Below, one piece after another: positions 18,101 to 27,868 of a DNA stretch of 64,000 nt (position 1 is its first letter; every line of letters begins with the position of its first letter). Below the pieces are notes generated by a model. The model was not told where the DNA came from and searched no databases. It was given only the letters and a program-made list of their open reading frames with translations. The translations under genes and the position numbers were made by a program. Source of the DNA: Spirochaetia bacterium (GTDB lineage Bacteria; Spirochaetota; Spirochaetia; SZUA-6; Bin103); contig CBDBDQ010000005.1 in NCBI GenBank assembly GCA_965203905.1, positions 7,264,001 to 7,328,000 on the forward strand, in the 5' to 3' direction.

Positions 18101-19591
18101 ATGACCGCAGGTGCCAACCACGACTACTTGCTCGGTCTCGTGCGCGAGTTGTGCAAGTTACCGCATGAGACCGACTGGGTCGAGTTCAAGCTCAATCAGG
18201 ACACGCCGCAAGAGATCGGAGAGTACATTTCGGCGCTGGCCAATGCCGCGACTCTCCACGGCAAGGCCCAGGCCTACCTGCTGTGGGGAGTCGAGAACGG
18301 CACACATGCAATCGCTGGTACGGGTTTTTCTCCATCCAGTGCGAAGAAGGGAAATGAGCCCCTTGAGACCTGGCTGCTGCGCTTGCTGAGTCCTCGTATC
18401 GATTTCCGTTTCCACGAATTCCTCGTCGAAGAACGACGCGTCGTTCTCCTGGAGATCGACCGCGCTTCGCGACAGCCCGTGGCTTTCAGTGGTGACGAAT
18501 TCGTCAGGGTCGGTAGTACCAAGAGGAAGCTCAAGGACTATCCCGAGAAGGAACGGGCGTTGTGGCGCGTCTTCGACCGGGTGAGCTTCGAAGAAGGCAT
18601 AGCGGCCGAGCGGCTGAGTGGTGAGGAGGTCCTTACCAGACTCGACTATCCCGCGTACTTCGACCTACTTGATACGCCGCTGCCGGACGGCCACGCCGCT
18701 ATCCTCAATGTGCTCCAGCAAGATCGGTTGATCGCCCCCGGCCCGGCTGGCGGCTTCGACATCATGAATCTGGGTGCCATGCTGCTGGCCAGGAATCTCG
18801 CCGATTTTCGGTCGTTGCAACGCAAAGCCGTTCGAGTGATCGAGTACCGAGACTCGGGCCGCACCGAGACCTTAAAAGAGCGGGAAGGCTTCCGTGGCTA
18901 CGCAGCCGGCTTCCGAAACCTGCTCGGATACATCAACGCCAGACTGCCGGTAAGCGAGGTTATTGGTCAGGCCCTGCGCCAGACGATACCGGCATTCCCC
19001 GAGATCGCGGTACGAGAACTGGTGGCCAATGCCTTGATCCATCAGGATTTCCTGGCAACCGGCACCGGGCCGATGGTGGAGATTTTCCCAGGCCGCATCG
19101 AGATCACGAACCCCGGTGAACCACTGGTGGATACCGAACGCTTTCTCGATAGCCCCCCGCGGTCTCGAAACGAGGTTCTCGCCTCTCTCATGCGTCGCTT
19201 TCGGATCTGCGAGGAGCGCGGCAGCGGTATCGACAAGGTAGTATTCGAGATTGAACGCCACCAGCTTCCAGCGCCACTCTTCGAGACTCCTCCGAACTAC
19301 ACCCGGGTGGTGTTGTTCTCCCACAAGGCCCTGGCGGATATGGACAAGACGGAGCGTGAGAGGGCCTGCTATCTGCATGCCTGCCTGAAGTACGTACAGC
19401 GTGGGAGCATGACCAATACGTCGATTCGAGAGCGGTTCGGAATTGACGAGAAGAATCGTGCGATTGCGTCACGCCTGATCCGGGAGGCAGTGGAGGCGGG
19501 CCTCGTCTCCATCCGTCTCCCCGAGGCATCACCCAAGTACCGCGAGTACATACCGTTCTGGGCATCGCCAGAGCAGTCGAGAGCCCTCTAA
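18101..19591 (+). CDS. AlbA_2 (Schlafen-core) domain + HATPase_c_4 + C-terminal HTH protein
   Basis: ETDWVEFK, ISALAN, LLWGVEN, RELVANALIHQD, IEITNPG, SRNEVLASLMRRFRICEERGSG. Confidence 0.88.
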   Translation: MTAGANHDYLLGLVRELCKLPHETDWVEFKLNQDTPQEIGEYISALANAATLHGKAQAYLLWGVENGTHAIAGTGFSPSSAKKGNEPLETWLLRLLSPRIDFRFHEFLVEERRVVLLEIDRASRQPVAFSGDEFVRVGSTKRKLKDYPEKERALWRVFDRVSFEEGIAAERLSGEEVLTRLDYPAYFDLLDTPLPDGHAAILNVLQQDRLIAPGPAGGFDIMNLGAMLLARNLADFRSLQRKAVRVIEYRDSGRTETLKEREGFRGYAAGFRNLLGYINARLPVSEVIGQALRQTIPAFPEIAVRELVANALIHQDFLATGTGPMVEIFPGRIEITNPGEPLVDTERFLDSPPRSRNEVLASLMRRFRICEERGSGIDKVVFEIERHQLPAPLFETPPNYTRVVLFSHKALADMDKTERERACYLHACLKYVQRGSMTNTSIRERFGIDEKNRAIASRLIREAVEAGLVSIRLPEASPKYREYIPFWASPEQSRAL

Positions 19592-19600
19592 GCCCCGTCT

Positions 19601-19688
19601 CTACTTGACCGGTACCACTACCAGACCTTATAGGATATCTCCATATCATTACTGTATAATTAATTACGTTACTTGACGGGCACTTGAT
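19601..19688 (+). repeat. AT-rich ~87-bp site, copy 1 (TACTTGAC-N60-TACTTGACGGGCACTTGA)
   Basis: Aligns without gaps to 20412-20499. Confidence 0.7.
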
Positions 19689-19764
19689 CGAAGCCCACCG
19701 AACCTCAGTGTCAGGTCACACTCGAAGGTTGACCGACTCGCGAGTAATACTTAGTTTTACGGGC

Positions 19765-19992
19765 GTGACGAAGACCATTACCAGGATCGGTAACTCTCAA
19801 GGCATCATCTTCGACGTCGCGTTCATGGACCTGGCTCGTCTCAAGGTGGGAGACCAACTCGTCGTCACGGTCCACGAGGGCGGAACGATCACGCTGACGC
19901 CGGTTCACCCCGCCATCGAGGCCGAGAGGGCCAGTGCCACGGCGAAGCGCCTGATCGGCAAGAACGAGGAACTGTTCCGGCGCCTGTCGTGA
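19765..19992 (+). CDS. AbrB/MazE/SpoVT-family antitoxin
   Basis: KTITRIGNSQGIIFD...LKVGDQLVV...IGKNEELFRRLS; GTGA overlap with the Doc gene. Confidence 0.88.
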   Translation: MTKTITRIGNSQGIIFDVAFMDLARLKVGDQLVVTVHEGGTITLTPVHPAIEAERASATAKRLIGKNEELFRRLS

Positions 19993-20423
19993 GCGCCCGG
20001 CTCATCCATCCGACGGTCTCAGCGGTCAAGGCCATACACGTCGAGGTGCTCGCGGCCCACGGGGGCATGGAGGGACTGCGGGATGAAGCCCTGCTTGAGT
20101 CGGCGGTGGCGGCACCGCAGGCGACGATGTTCGGCAAGCCCTTGCTGGAGGACCCGATCGAGGTCGCGGCGGCGTACCTGTTCTACCTGTGCAACAACCA
20201 CCCCTTCATGGACGGCAACAAGCGGGTTGCACTGGCCACCTGCCTGGTCTTTCTGAGTGAGAACGGGCTGCTTCCCGCGGAGCAACTCGATCCGGACGCC
20301 TGGGAACGGCTGACGCTCGACGTGGCATCCGGTCAGCTCGACCGCGCCGAGACAGCCACTCGCCTTCGCCACCTGCTCGGCACAGCGACAAGTGTCCGGA
20401 CGACGCCGGTTTTACTTGACTGA
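19989..20423 (+). CDS. doc: Doc/Fic-family toxin
   Basis: GGMEGLRDEALLESAV, Fic motif HPFMDGNKR. Confidence 0.92.
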   Translation: MSARLIHPTVSAVKAIHVEVLAAHGGMEGLRDEALLESAVAAPQATMFGKPLLEDPIEVAAAYLFYLCNNHPFMDGNKRVALATCLVFLSENGLLPAEQLDPDAWERLTLDVASGQLDRAETATRLRHLLGTATSVRTTPVLLD

Positions 20424-20499
20424 GAGCCCATTCAGATCCTCAAGTAACATCGTATCTGTCTATCATATAACTGATTACGGTACTTGACGGGTACTTGAC
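20412..20499 (+). repeat. AT-rich ~87-bp site, copy 2 (TACTTGAC-N60-TACTTGACGGGTACTTGAC)
   Basis: Aligns without gaps to 19601-19688; spans the doc stop codon. Confidence 0.7.
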
Positions 20500-20623
20500 T
20501 GGCGCCGGCGCGAGAGTGCCGGAGCGGCGGCACCGGCGGCCCGTGTTTGACGCGGCCCGGTGGCCGTGCTAGCATCGCCGGAACCACCGGCAGCCTGCCG
20601 GACCACCGATAAGGAGTCTACTC

Positions 20624-22573
20624 GTGAAGCACTACCTGAACCTGGCACTCGCGCTGCTGGTGCTGCCCGCGATGCTGGCAGCGGCCGGCGGAGAGGGCGA
20701 GCAGTCGACCGCGGCATCCTCGGACAGCATGATGTCCGACTCGAAGTACAAGGAAGCCCCCATGCTGGCCGAACGGGTGGCCGCGGGCGAGCTGCCGCCG
20801 GTGGACGAGCGGCTGCCGGACGTCCCCGACGTGATCGAGCCGACCGCGGAGGTCGGCACCTACGGCGGCACCATCCAGCTCATCTCCAACCTGCCGGAGT
20901 CGTGGGGCGACGCGACGCAGTTCCTGCGGGCGTTCGTGATCGAGCGCTACATTCACGCCCCGTCGGAATTCTTCCCCGGCCTGGCGCTCGACTGGGACGC
21001 CGCCGAAGACGGCAAGAGCCTCACGCTCAACATCAGGCCCGGCCTGAAGTGGTCCGACGGCGAGCCGTTCGGCGCCGAGGACTTCCGCTTCATGTGGGAA
21101 GACATTCTCAAGCGCGACCCCAACTCGCAGATCCGCTCCTTCAACATCGGCAACTACGGCGGCGACATGGACATCACCGTGATCGACGACCTCACGGTGC
21201 GCTACGACTGGGAGGATGCGAACTACGCCAAGCCGATCTACTTCTCGCACTGGGGCGACTGGTACGGCAGCCAGCAGCACATCTACCAGGCTGCGCACAC
21301 CCTCAAGCAGTGGCACCTCGACTACAACGAGAAGGCCAATGAGCTGGCCAAGGAAGAAGGGTTCGAAAGCTGGATCCAGTTGATCGGGTCGAAGCTGATC
21401 CTCAACGGCACCATGACCCCCGACGTGCCCACCATGGGGCCCTACTTCGTCAAGGAGCTGCTCGCCGACGGCCATCTGCTGGAACGCAATCCCTACTACT
21501 ACCGGGTCGACAGCGCCGGCCAGCAGCTCCCCTACATCGACTACGCCCGCGGCACCTACCGCGCCGACAACGCATCGCGGGTGCTGGCCGTGATCGGCGG
21601 CGAGGTCGACTTCTGGGTCAGCCACCAGGCCTCGATCGAGGACTTCCCGGTGTTCAAGGAGAACGAGGACAAGGGCGGCTACAATGCCTTCCTGCTCGAC
21701 TCGGGCAAGCCGGCCAACATCAACATCCACGTCAACGGCACCTACGCCCCGGAGAACGAAGATCCCTTCCTGACCGAGCTGTTCCAGACCAAGGAGTTCC
21801 GCCAGGCGCTGTCGCTGGCCATCAACCGCCAGGAGATCGTGGACGTCGTCTTTCTCGGCAACGCCGAGCCGGTGCAGCAGACCTTCAACCGCACCGTGAG
21901 CAACTTCAAGGAGGAGTGGCTCCGGTCCTACGCCGAGTACGATCCCGACCAGGCCAACATGCTGCTCGACGGCATTGGCCTGAGCGACCGCGACGGCGAC
22001 GGCTTCCGGCTGCGGCCGGACGGCTCCAAGCTGGAGATCCTGTTCCAGGTGCCGCAGCAGTTGGCGCCCAACGTGGCGGCCAGCGAGCTGATCACCAAGT
22101 ACTGGCAGGACGTGGGGCTGCGCATCCTGCTGCAGGTGCAGGACATCGGCATCGTGGTCGACCACCTGCGCAACTCCACCTATCAGCTCAGCAGCTTCGG
22201 CAACGAGTGGGGCGGCGACATCTTCTACGTGATGTTCGGCTACGCCACCTGGAACACCTGGGCCGGAGCCCAGAAGTACTGGCAGTGGAACCGCGACAAC
22301 TCGACCGGCTGGGAGCCTCCGCAAATCTGGAAAGACATCTTCGAGGCGGAGAGCCGGCGCCAGAAGGTGCCGATGGAGCAGGTGCTGGAAGATGCCACCT
22401 GGATCCTGGACTGGCACGCCGAGAACCTGCTCACCATCGGCGTCGCCGGGTACGCCAAGGCGCCCGGGATCGTCAAGCAGAATCTGGTCAACACCAACCC
22501 CGACGTGCACGACATCTGGGAATGGGACCGGATCAACGCCCACCGGCCCTACCAGTGGTTCTTCAAGAACTGA
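20624..22573 (+). CDS. Family 5 ABC substrate-binding protein
   Basis: AAGGAG RBS, YKEAPMLAERVAAGELPPVDERLP, GLKWSDG, RNPYYYRVDSAGQQLPYID. Confidence 0.92.
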   Translation: MKHYLNLALALLVLPAMLAAAGGEGEQSTAASSDSMMSDSKYKEAPMLAERVAAGELPPVDERLPDVPDVIEPTAEVGTYGGTIQLISNLPESWGDATQFLRAFVIERYIHAPSEFFPGLALDWDAAEDGKSLTLNIRPGLKWSDGEPFGAEDFRFMWEDILKRDPNSQIRSFNIGNYGGDMDITVIDDLTVRYDWEDANYAKPIYFSHWGDWYGSQQHIYQAAHTLKQWHLDYNEKANELAKEEGFESWIQLIGSKLILNGTMTPDVPTMGPYFVKELLADGHLLERNPYYYRVDSAGQQLPYIDYARGTYRADNASRVLAVIGGEVDFWVSHQASIEDFPVFKENEDKGGYNAFLLDSGKPANINIHVNGTYAPENEDPFLTELFQTKEFRQALSLAINRQEIVDVVFLGNAEPVQQTFNRTVSNFKEEWLRSYAEYDPDQANMLLDGIGLSDRDGDGFRLRPDGSKLEILFQVPQQLAPNVAASELITKYWQDVGLRILLQVQDIGIVVDHLRNSTYQLSSFGNEWGGDIFYVMFGYATWNTWAGAQKYWQWNRDNSTGWEPPQIWKDIFEAESRRQKVPMEQVLEDATWILDWHAENLLTIGVAGYAKAPGIVKQNLVNTNPDVHDIWEWDRINAHRPYQWFFKN

Positions 22574-22670
22574 CGCCGGCGGCTCGTCTCGAGGTGGGTG
22601 CCGGGCGCGGTTGAAGCAAGGAGCAACGCGCCAGCCGAGATGCAGCGCCGCTCGATTGCAGCAGACACAC

Positions 22671-22708
22671 GGGGTGTAGCCCGCTTGCGCATTGAGCGGG
22701 CGCACCCC
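22671..22708 (+). promoter_or_regulatory. Intercistronic stem-loop after the SBP gene (mRNA stabiliser or attenuator)
   Basis: GGGGTG-ta-GCCCGCT...AGCGGGC-g-CACCCC. Confidence 0.5.
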
Positions 22709-22735
22709 TGATTTCAGCGGAAGCAGGGTACCGGC

Positions 22736-23728
22736 ATGGTCTCCTACATCCTTCAGCGGCTGGCCTACATGGTGGTGCTCCTGCTGATGCTGTCGGTGGC
22801 GGCCTTCGTCATCATCGAGCTGCCCACCGGCGATGCGCTGAGCACCCAGCTCGCCGGCCTGGCGCTGCGCGGCACTCCCGATGCCGAGCAGCAGATCGAG
22901 ACCATGCGCCGCTTCTACGGGCTCGACCGACCCGGCCACGAACGCTACTTCGTGTGGCTGGGCAACCTGCTGCGGGGGGATCTCGGGAACTCGTTCCACC
23001 ACATGGTGCCCAACACCAAGCTGATCGGTGAGCGACTCCCCGGGACCGTGATCATCTCGATCACCACGCTGCTGTTCACCTACGTCGTCGGCATCGCCAT
23101 CGGCATCTACTCGGCCACCCACCAGTACTCGTTCGGCGACTACTCGGCGACGGTGTTCGGCTTCGTCGGCATGGCGACGCCCAACTTCATCCTCGCCCTG
23201 GTGCTGCTCTACCTGGCCTACGTCTGGTTCGGCGAGAGCCTGCTGGGGCTGTTCTCGCGCAAGTACGCGGATGCTCCGTGGAGCCTGGCCAAGGTGTGGG
23301 ACCTGCTGAAGCACCTGCCGGTGCCGATCATCGTCATCGGCACCGCCGGCACCGCGGGCCTGATCCGGACCCTGCGCGCCACGCTCCTGGACGAGCTGGG
23401 CAGGCAGTACGTGATCACCGCCCGCGCCAAGGGACTGGCGGAACGGCGCCTGACCTTCAAGTACCCGGTGCGGGTGGCGCTCAACCCGATCGTCAGCGGG
23501 CTCGGCGGCGTGTTCGCCACCATCGTGTCCGGTGAGGCGATCACCAGCATCGTGCTCAGCCTGCCGACCACCGGCTCGCTCCTGCTGGTGGCACTGACCA
23601 GCCAGGACACCTACCTGGCGGGAAGCATCGTCATGGTGTTGAGCGCCCTGACGATCGTCGGGTTCCTGGTCTCCGATCTGACCCTGGCGGCCGTGGATCC
23701 GCGGATCCGCCTGGAGCGGGCACAGTAA
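22736..23728 (+). CDS. Dpp/Opp-type ABC permease (DppB-like)
   Basis: YILQRL, YVITARAKG, VDPRIR; close paralog of 3766-4761. Confidence 0.93.
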   Translation: MVSYILQRLAYMVVLLLMLSVAAFVIIELPTGDALSTQLAGLALRGTPDAEQQIETMRRFYGLDRPGHERYFVWLGNLLRGDLGNSFHHMVPNTKLIGERLPGTVIISITTLLFTYVVGIAIGIYSATHQYSFGDYSATVFGFVGMATPNFILALVLLYLAYVWFGESLLGLFSRKYADAPWSLAKVWDLLKHLPVPIIVIGTAGTAGLIRTLRATLLDELGRQYVITARAKGLAERRLTFKYPVRVALNPIVSGLGGVFATIVSGEAITSIVLSLPTTGSLLLVALTSQDTYLAGSIVMVLSALTIVGFLVSDLTLAAVDPRIRLERAQ

Positions 23729-24846
23729 TGGCCAACACGGCCGGCGGGGCTACCGTGGAGGAACGCAGCGAGCGCTACTACCTCGCCACCCAGTGGCAGC
23801 TCATGGCCGCCAAGTTCCGCAGCCACAAGCTGGCCCGGTTCGGTGCGGGCGTGCTGATCGCATTCTACCTCGCGGCGTTGTTCGCGGAGTTCGTCGCCAC
23901 CGAGGACATGGCCCTCATGTACACCGAGACCCCGCACGCACCGCCACGCCGCATCCACCTGTTCGACGAGAACGGCTCGCTGCGCAGCCCGTTCGTGTAC
24001 GCGTTCATCCAGGCACGCAACCAGGAGACGCTGCGCATGGAGTACCAGGAGGACCGCTCGCGGAGCTACCGGGTGCGCCTGTTCGTTGCCGGCGACCCGT
24101 ACCGGATGTGGGGACTGTTCGACGCCAGCGTCCACCTGTTCGGCATCGAAGAGGAGCCGCTCTACCTGTTCGGCAGCGACCGGCTCGGGCGCGACATGTT
24201 TTCCCGCATCGTCTACGCGTCGCGCATCAGCATGACCATCGGCCTGGTAGGCGTGGCGATCAGCTTCGTGCTCGGCACCATCATCGGCGGCATCTCCGGC
24301 TATTTCGGCGGTGCGGTCGACATGATCGCGCAACGGGTCATCGAGTTCCTGCTGTCGATTCCGACCATCCCGGTGTGGATGGCGCTGAGCGCGGCGGTGC
24401 CGCTGAACTGGCCGCCGCTGCGGGTCTACTTCGCCATCACGGTGGTGCTCTCGATCATCGGCTGGACCGGCCTGGCCCGGATCGTGCGCGGCAAGCTGAT
24501 CAGCTTGCGCGAAGAGGACTTCGTGGCCGCGGCCCGCATCGCCGGCTGCCGGGAGATGCGGATCATCAACCGGCACCTGATCCCGTCGTTCATCAGTTAC
24601 CTGATCGTGCACCTTACCCTGGCGATCCCCGGTATGATCCTGGGCGAGACCGCGCTCAGCTTCCTCGGCCTGGGCCTGCGGCCGCCGACGGTGAGCTGGG
24701 GCGTGCTGCTGCAGGACGCGATGAACATCCAGGCGGTGGCGATCTACCCCTGGCTGCTGCTGCCGGTGCTGTTCGTGATCGTGTTCGTGCTCTGTTTCAA
24801 TTTCTTCGGCGACGGGTTGCGCGACGCGGCCGACCCCTACCGCTGA
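23728..24846 (+). CDS. Dpp/Opp-type ABC permease (DppC-like)
   Basis: FGSDRLGRDMFSR, GDGLRDAADPY; paralog of 2660-3769. Confidence 0.93.
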   Translation: MANTAGGATVEERSERYYLATQWQLMAAKFRSHKLARFGAGVLIAFYLAALFAEFVATEDMALMYTETPHAPPRRIHLFDENGSLRSPFVYAFIQARNQETLRMEYQEDRSRSYRVRLFVAGDPYRMWGLFDASVHLFGIEEEPLYLFGSDRLGRDMFSRIVYASRISMTIGLVGVAISFVLGTIIGGISGYFGGAVDMIAQRVIEFLLSIPTIPVWMALSAAVPLNWPPLRVYFAITVVLSIIGWTGLARIVRGKLISLREEDFVAAARIAGCREMRIINRHLIPSFISYLIVHLTLAIPGMILGETALSFLGLGLRPPTVSWGVLLQDAMNIQAVAIYPWLLLPVLFVIVFVLCFNFFGDGLRDAADPYR

Positions 24847-24868
24847 GCGATCGCTCAAGGAGGCAGCG

Positions 24869-25702
24869 ATGGAGTTCATACCCCTTACCGACGTGCAGCA
24901 GCGCTCGTTCGACGAGCATGGCTTCGTGGTGGTGCGCAACGCCATCGACGCGGACGTGGTGCAGCGGCTGACCGCCGCGGGCGACCGCTTCATGGAGACC
25001 GCGGGACCGGTCCACAACTTCTACGCCAACCGCTACATCGACATGTGGTACGACGACACCCTGCTGGGCCTGGCCACCAATCCGCGCATCCTGCCGCTGA
25101 TCGTGCAGCTCCTGTCGCCGGGCATCCAGCTCACGCGCACCCACATCATCTACAAGCACCCGCAGCCGCGCTCGGACGATCCGCTGTACCCGGACGGCGA
25201 CGGACGCTCGTTCCGCAACTGGCACCGCGACCTGAACAACTTCGCGCCCAACCATCCAATCCGCGGCACCGTGTCGATCCGGGTCGGCTACTGTCTGACC
25301 GACTTCACCGAGCCTTGTTCGGGTGTAACCCTGCTGGTCCCCGGCAGCCACCGCCTGGTGGAGCAGATACGGATTCCCAAGGGATCGTTGGATCCGACGG
25401 GCTACGTGGAGCTGCCGCTGCAGCCGGGCGACGCCTACCTGTTCAGCAGCTCCTGCTACCACTTCCCCGCGCTCAACTTTCAGCGCAGCCCGGCCAAGGG
25501 CATCCTGGTGACCTACGCCTACCGCTGGTGGAGCCACCGTCACCCGCGCCCCGCGGACGAGCTGCTGGAGACGCTGGATCCGATTGCCCGCCAACTCTTC
25601 GGCGACGCCCCCGACGACGAGGAACAGCTCCCGCTGCGTCACTGGGCGCGCGAGCACGGCCTGCCCAACGCCGAGGTCCCGCCGATGCGGATCTTCGTGT
25701 AG
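24869..25702 (+). CDS. Phytanoyl-CoA dioxygenase (PhyH) family protein
   Basis: FDEHGFVVV, WHRD, LVPGSH, PGDAYLF...YH. Confidence 0.88.
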   Translation: MEFIPLTDVQQRSFDEHGFVVVRNAIDADVVQRLTAAGDRFMETAGPVHNFYANRYIDMWYDDTLLGLATNPRILPLIVQLLSPGIQLTRTHIIYKHPQPRSDDPLYPDGDGRSFRNWHRDLNNFAPNHPIRGTVSIRVGYCLTDFTEPCSGVTLLVPGSHRLVEQIRIPKGSLDPTGYVELPLQPGDAYLFSSSCYHFPALNFQRSPAKGILVTYAYRWWSHRHPRPADELLETLDPIARQLFGDAPDDEEQLPLRHWAREHGLPNAEVPPMRIFV

Positions 25703-27868
25703 GTGGCGGGCGCGTACTACCGGGACGATGAACGGCGGCGGGTGCTCGGCAACGGGCGCTGCCGGATCGTGTGGACCCGGAACGGAGATGGGGGCGCGGC
25801 GGTCGGCAGGTGCAGCGAGTACCAGATCCGGGCCGCGGACGGCTGGGAGACCCTGGCGCGTGGCGGGCTGCCCGACTCCGGCCCGGTGCAGGTGGTGGCG
25901 CAACTCGCCGAAGGGGTGTTTGCCGACCGCGACTTCGAGCGCCAGTTCCGCACCACCGGCATGTGGCGGGACGGACCGATGCAGTTCACCTACCCGCACC
26001 AGGTCCTGCACCGCGCCGGCGCCGCCGAGTGCAAGCCGGTCGAGACCGCCGACGGGGCCAAGGAAGTGTGCTGGCGGTATACGCTCGGGGCCGGCGGGGA
26101 GTGGCAGGTGGAGAGCCGCCACACCGTGTGGGCCGACTCCCCGCACGTCCTGGAGCGGGTGCGCGTTACCCGCGGCGCCGCCGGCGGTCCCGTGCGGGTG
26201 CGCTGCGCCTGGCACGTGGAGCACATCCCGCCGGAACTGACCAGCAGCTCGATCAAGGCGGTCACCCACGCCGGCTGGCGCCTGCCCGCCGGGACCTTCC
26301 TGGTGCTGGCCCAGCAGGTGGACGCCCGCCGCTGGACCCCGCTGTCGGGCGGCGGTGGCATGGTCAACCTCACGCTGGGCGACCGCAGCGGCGATCCGCA
26401 GCAGTACATCGACGGCAAGTACCAGGTCTCGCCGCGGCAGGCGCTGCTGCACCAGGCACCGCCCTGCATGGACAGCCAGGGCTGGCTGGAGCTGCGCCCC
26501 GGCGACAGCTACGAGCTGGCCCACTACGTGATCATGCACCCCGAGTACCCGTTCACGCGCTCCTTCATCGATTACCTGCACTGCCTGCAGCCGCAGGAGT
26601 ACCTGCCGCCGCGCTATCCGTGGAGCCACTTCATCGCCAAGTGCAGCTGGACCCTGCGCCACACCCCGAACGGCTACGAGGACGGCGGCGACTGGGGCCT
26701 CTACTGGAAGAACTGGTACAACCTCACCGCGGATCCGCGCTGCCCGAAGACGGGCATCGAGAAGGTGCACAGCCTCGACTGGGGGGCCTCGTGGGACATC
26801 TGGACCGCCTGCTTCCTGCTGCTCTACGCGGAGCGCTACGACGACGCGTGGAGCCGTGAGCGCTACACCCGGCTGCGCAACGCCATCGTCGACCTGCCGT
26901 GGCAGATCGACGATCCCGCCTCGCCGGTGGACGGCGCCTACTGGATGGAGCGCGACGAGCACGGCGACTTCCACATCTCCAACTGGATGGCGAACCGCTA
27001 CAGCCCCAGGACGCTGTGGGTGTGCGACGCCGGCAAGGTGGGCTATTTCCTGTGTCTGCTGTACGAGAAGACCGGCGACGCGGTGCTGCTGCAGCGGGCG
27101 CGCAAGGCGGCGGCCTTCCTGCTGCGCCGCCAGCAGGCCGACGGCGACCTGGACTGCAGCGTGATGCTGCAGGAGGGGACCGCGATCTGGCCCTCCAACC
27201 TCGGCGGCGTGACCTGCGCCGTGCTGCTGTGGGCGAAGCTGTACGCCGTCACCGGTGAGCTGCGCTACCTGGAGGCGGCGCGGCGGGCGGCGGCCTTCTC
27301 TCACCGCGCCTGGCTGTCGAACGACCGCTGGCAGATGCACGGCGGCGAGATCGACTCCTTCGGCCTGCCCGACTCCACCACCGCCATGTACGCGACCATG
27401 GGCTACGCCGCGCTCGCCCTCGCCGGCGGCGAGGAAGCGCACCGGGCGATGACCCGCGACGCCGCCAACTACCTGGTGGCGCAGCAGTGGCTGTTCGACA
27501 TCAACTACGGCTACTACCGCAAGGAGGCGCGCTGGAACGGAATGGACTGCAAGACCGTGGGCGCGCTGCAGGGCTGGATACGGCCCGAGTGCACCATGTG
27601 CATGTACCTGGCCTTCAAGGCCACCGGCGACCCGCGGTACCGTTACAGCATGGAGCAGCACGCGGCCTGGATGACCTACATGCAGTACGACAACCCGGAC
27701 AGCCCCAGAACCTTCGGCGGCGGCCACGAGGTGTTCGAGGTGCCGGCCGACCAGATCAACGGCTTCGGCTCCAACTTCTGGCCGGAGACCGTGGGCCAGG
27801 CGGTCGCCATGCTGCTGCTGATGGCCGACGACGAAGCGCAGGAGGGACAATGGAACAGCATTCGATAG
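25703..27868 (+). CDS. Uncharacterised protein with C-terminal alpha/alpha-toroid (six-hairpin glycosidase-like) domain
   Basis: LYEKTGDAVLLQRARKAAAFL, LYAVTGELRYLEAARRAA, AFKATGDPRY helical-hairpin repeats. Confidence 0.65.
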   Translation: MAGAYYRDDERRRVLGNGRCRIVWTRNGDGGAAVGRCSEYQIRAADGWETLARGGLPDSGPVQVVAQLAEGVFADRDFERQFRTTGMWRDGPMQFTYPHQVLHRAGAAECKPVETADGAKEVCWRYTLGAGGEWQVESRHTVWADSPHVLERVRVTRGAAGGPVRVRCAWHVEHIPPELTSSSIKAVTHAGWRLPAGTFLVLAQQVDARRWTPLSGGGGMVNLTLGDRSGDPQQYIDGKYQVSPRQALLHQAPPCMDSQGWLELRPGDSYELAHYVIMHPEYPFTRSFIDYLHCLQPQEYLPPRYPWSHFIAKCSWTLRHTPNGYEDGGDWGLYWKNWYNLTADPRCPKTGIEKVHSLDWGASWDIWTACFLLLYAERYDDAWSRERYTRLRNAIVDLPWQIDDPASPVDGAYWMERDEHGDFHISNWMANRYSPRTLWVCDAGKVGYFLCLLYEKTGDAVLLQRARKAAAFLLRRQQADGDLDCSVMLQEGTAIWPSNLGGVTCAVLLWAKLYAVTGELRYLEAARRAAAFSHRAWLSNDRWQMHGGEIDSFGLPDSTTAMYATMGYAALALAGGEEAHRAMTRDAANYLVAQQWLFDINYGYYRKEARWNGMDCKTVGALQGWIRPECTMCMYLAFKATGDPRYRYSMEQHAAWMTYMQYDNPDSPRTFGGGHEVFEVPADQINGFGSNFWPETVGQAVAMLLLMADDEAQEGQWNSIR

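Noticed and set aside
19648-19676. Chromosomal dif/XerCD site
   Set aside because: The right arm TTACGTTACTT resembles a XerD arm, but the central spacer is 4 bp rather than 6 and there are two copies; kept only as an unexplained site.
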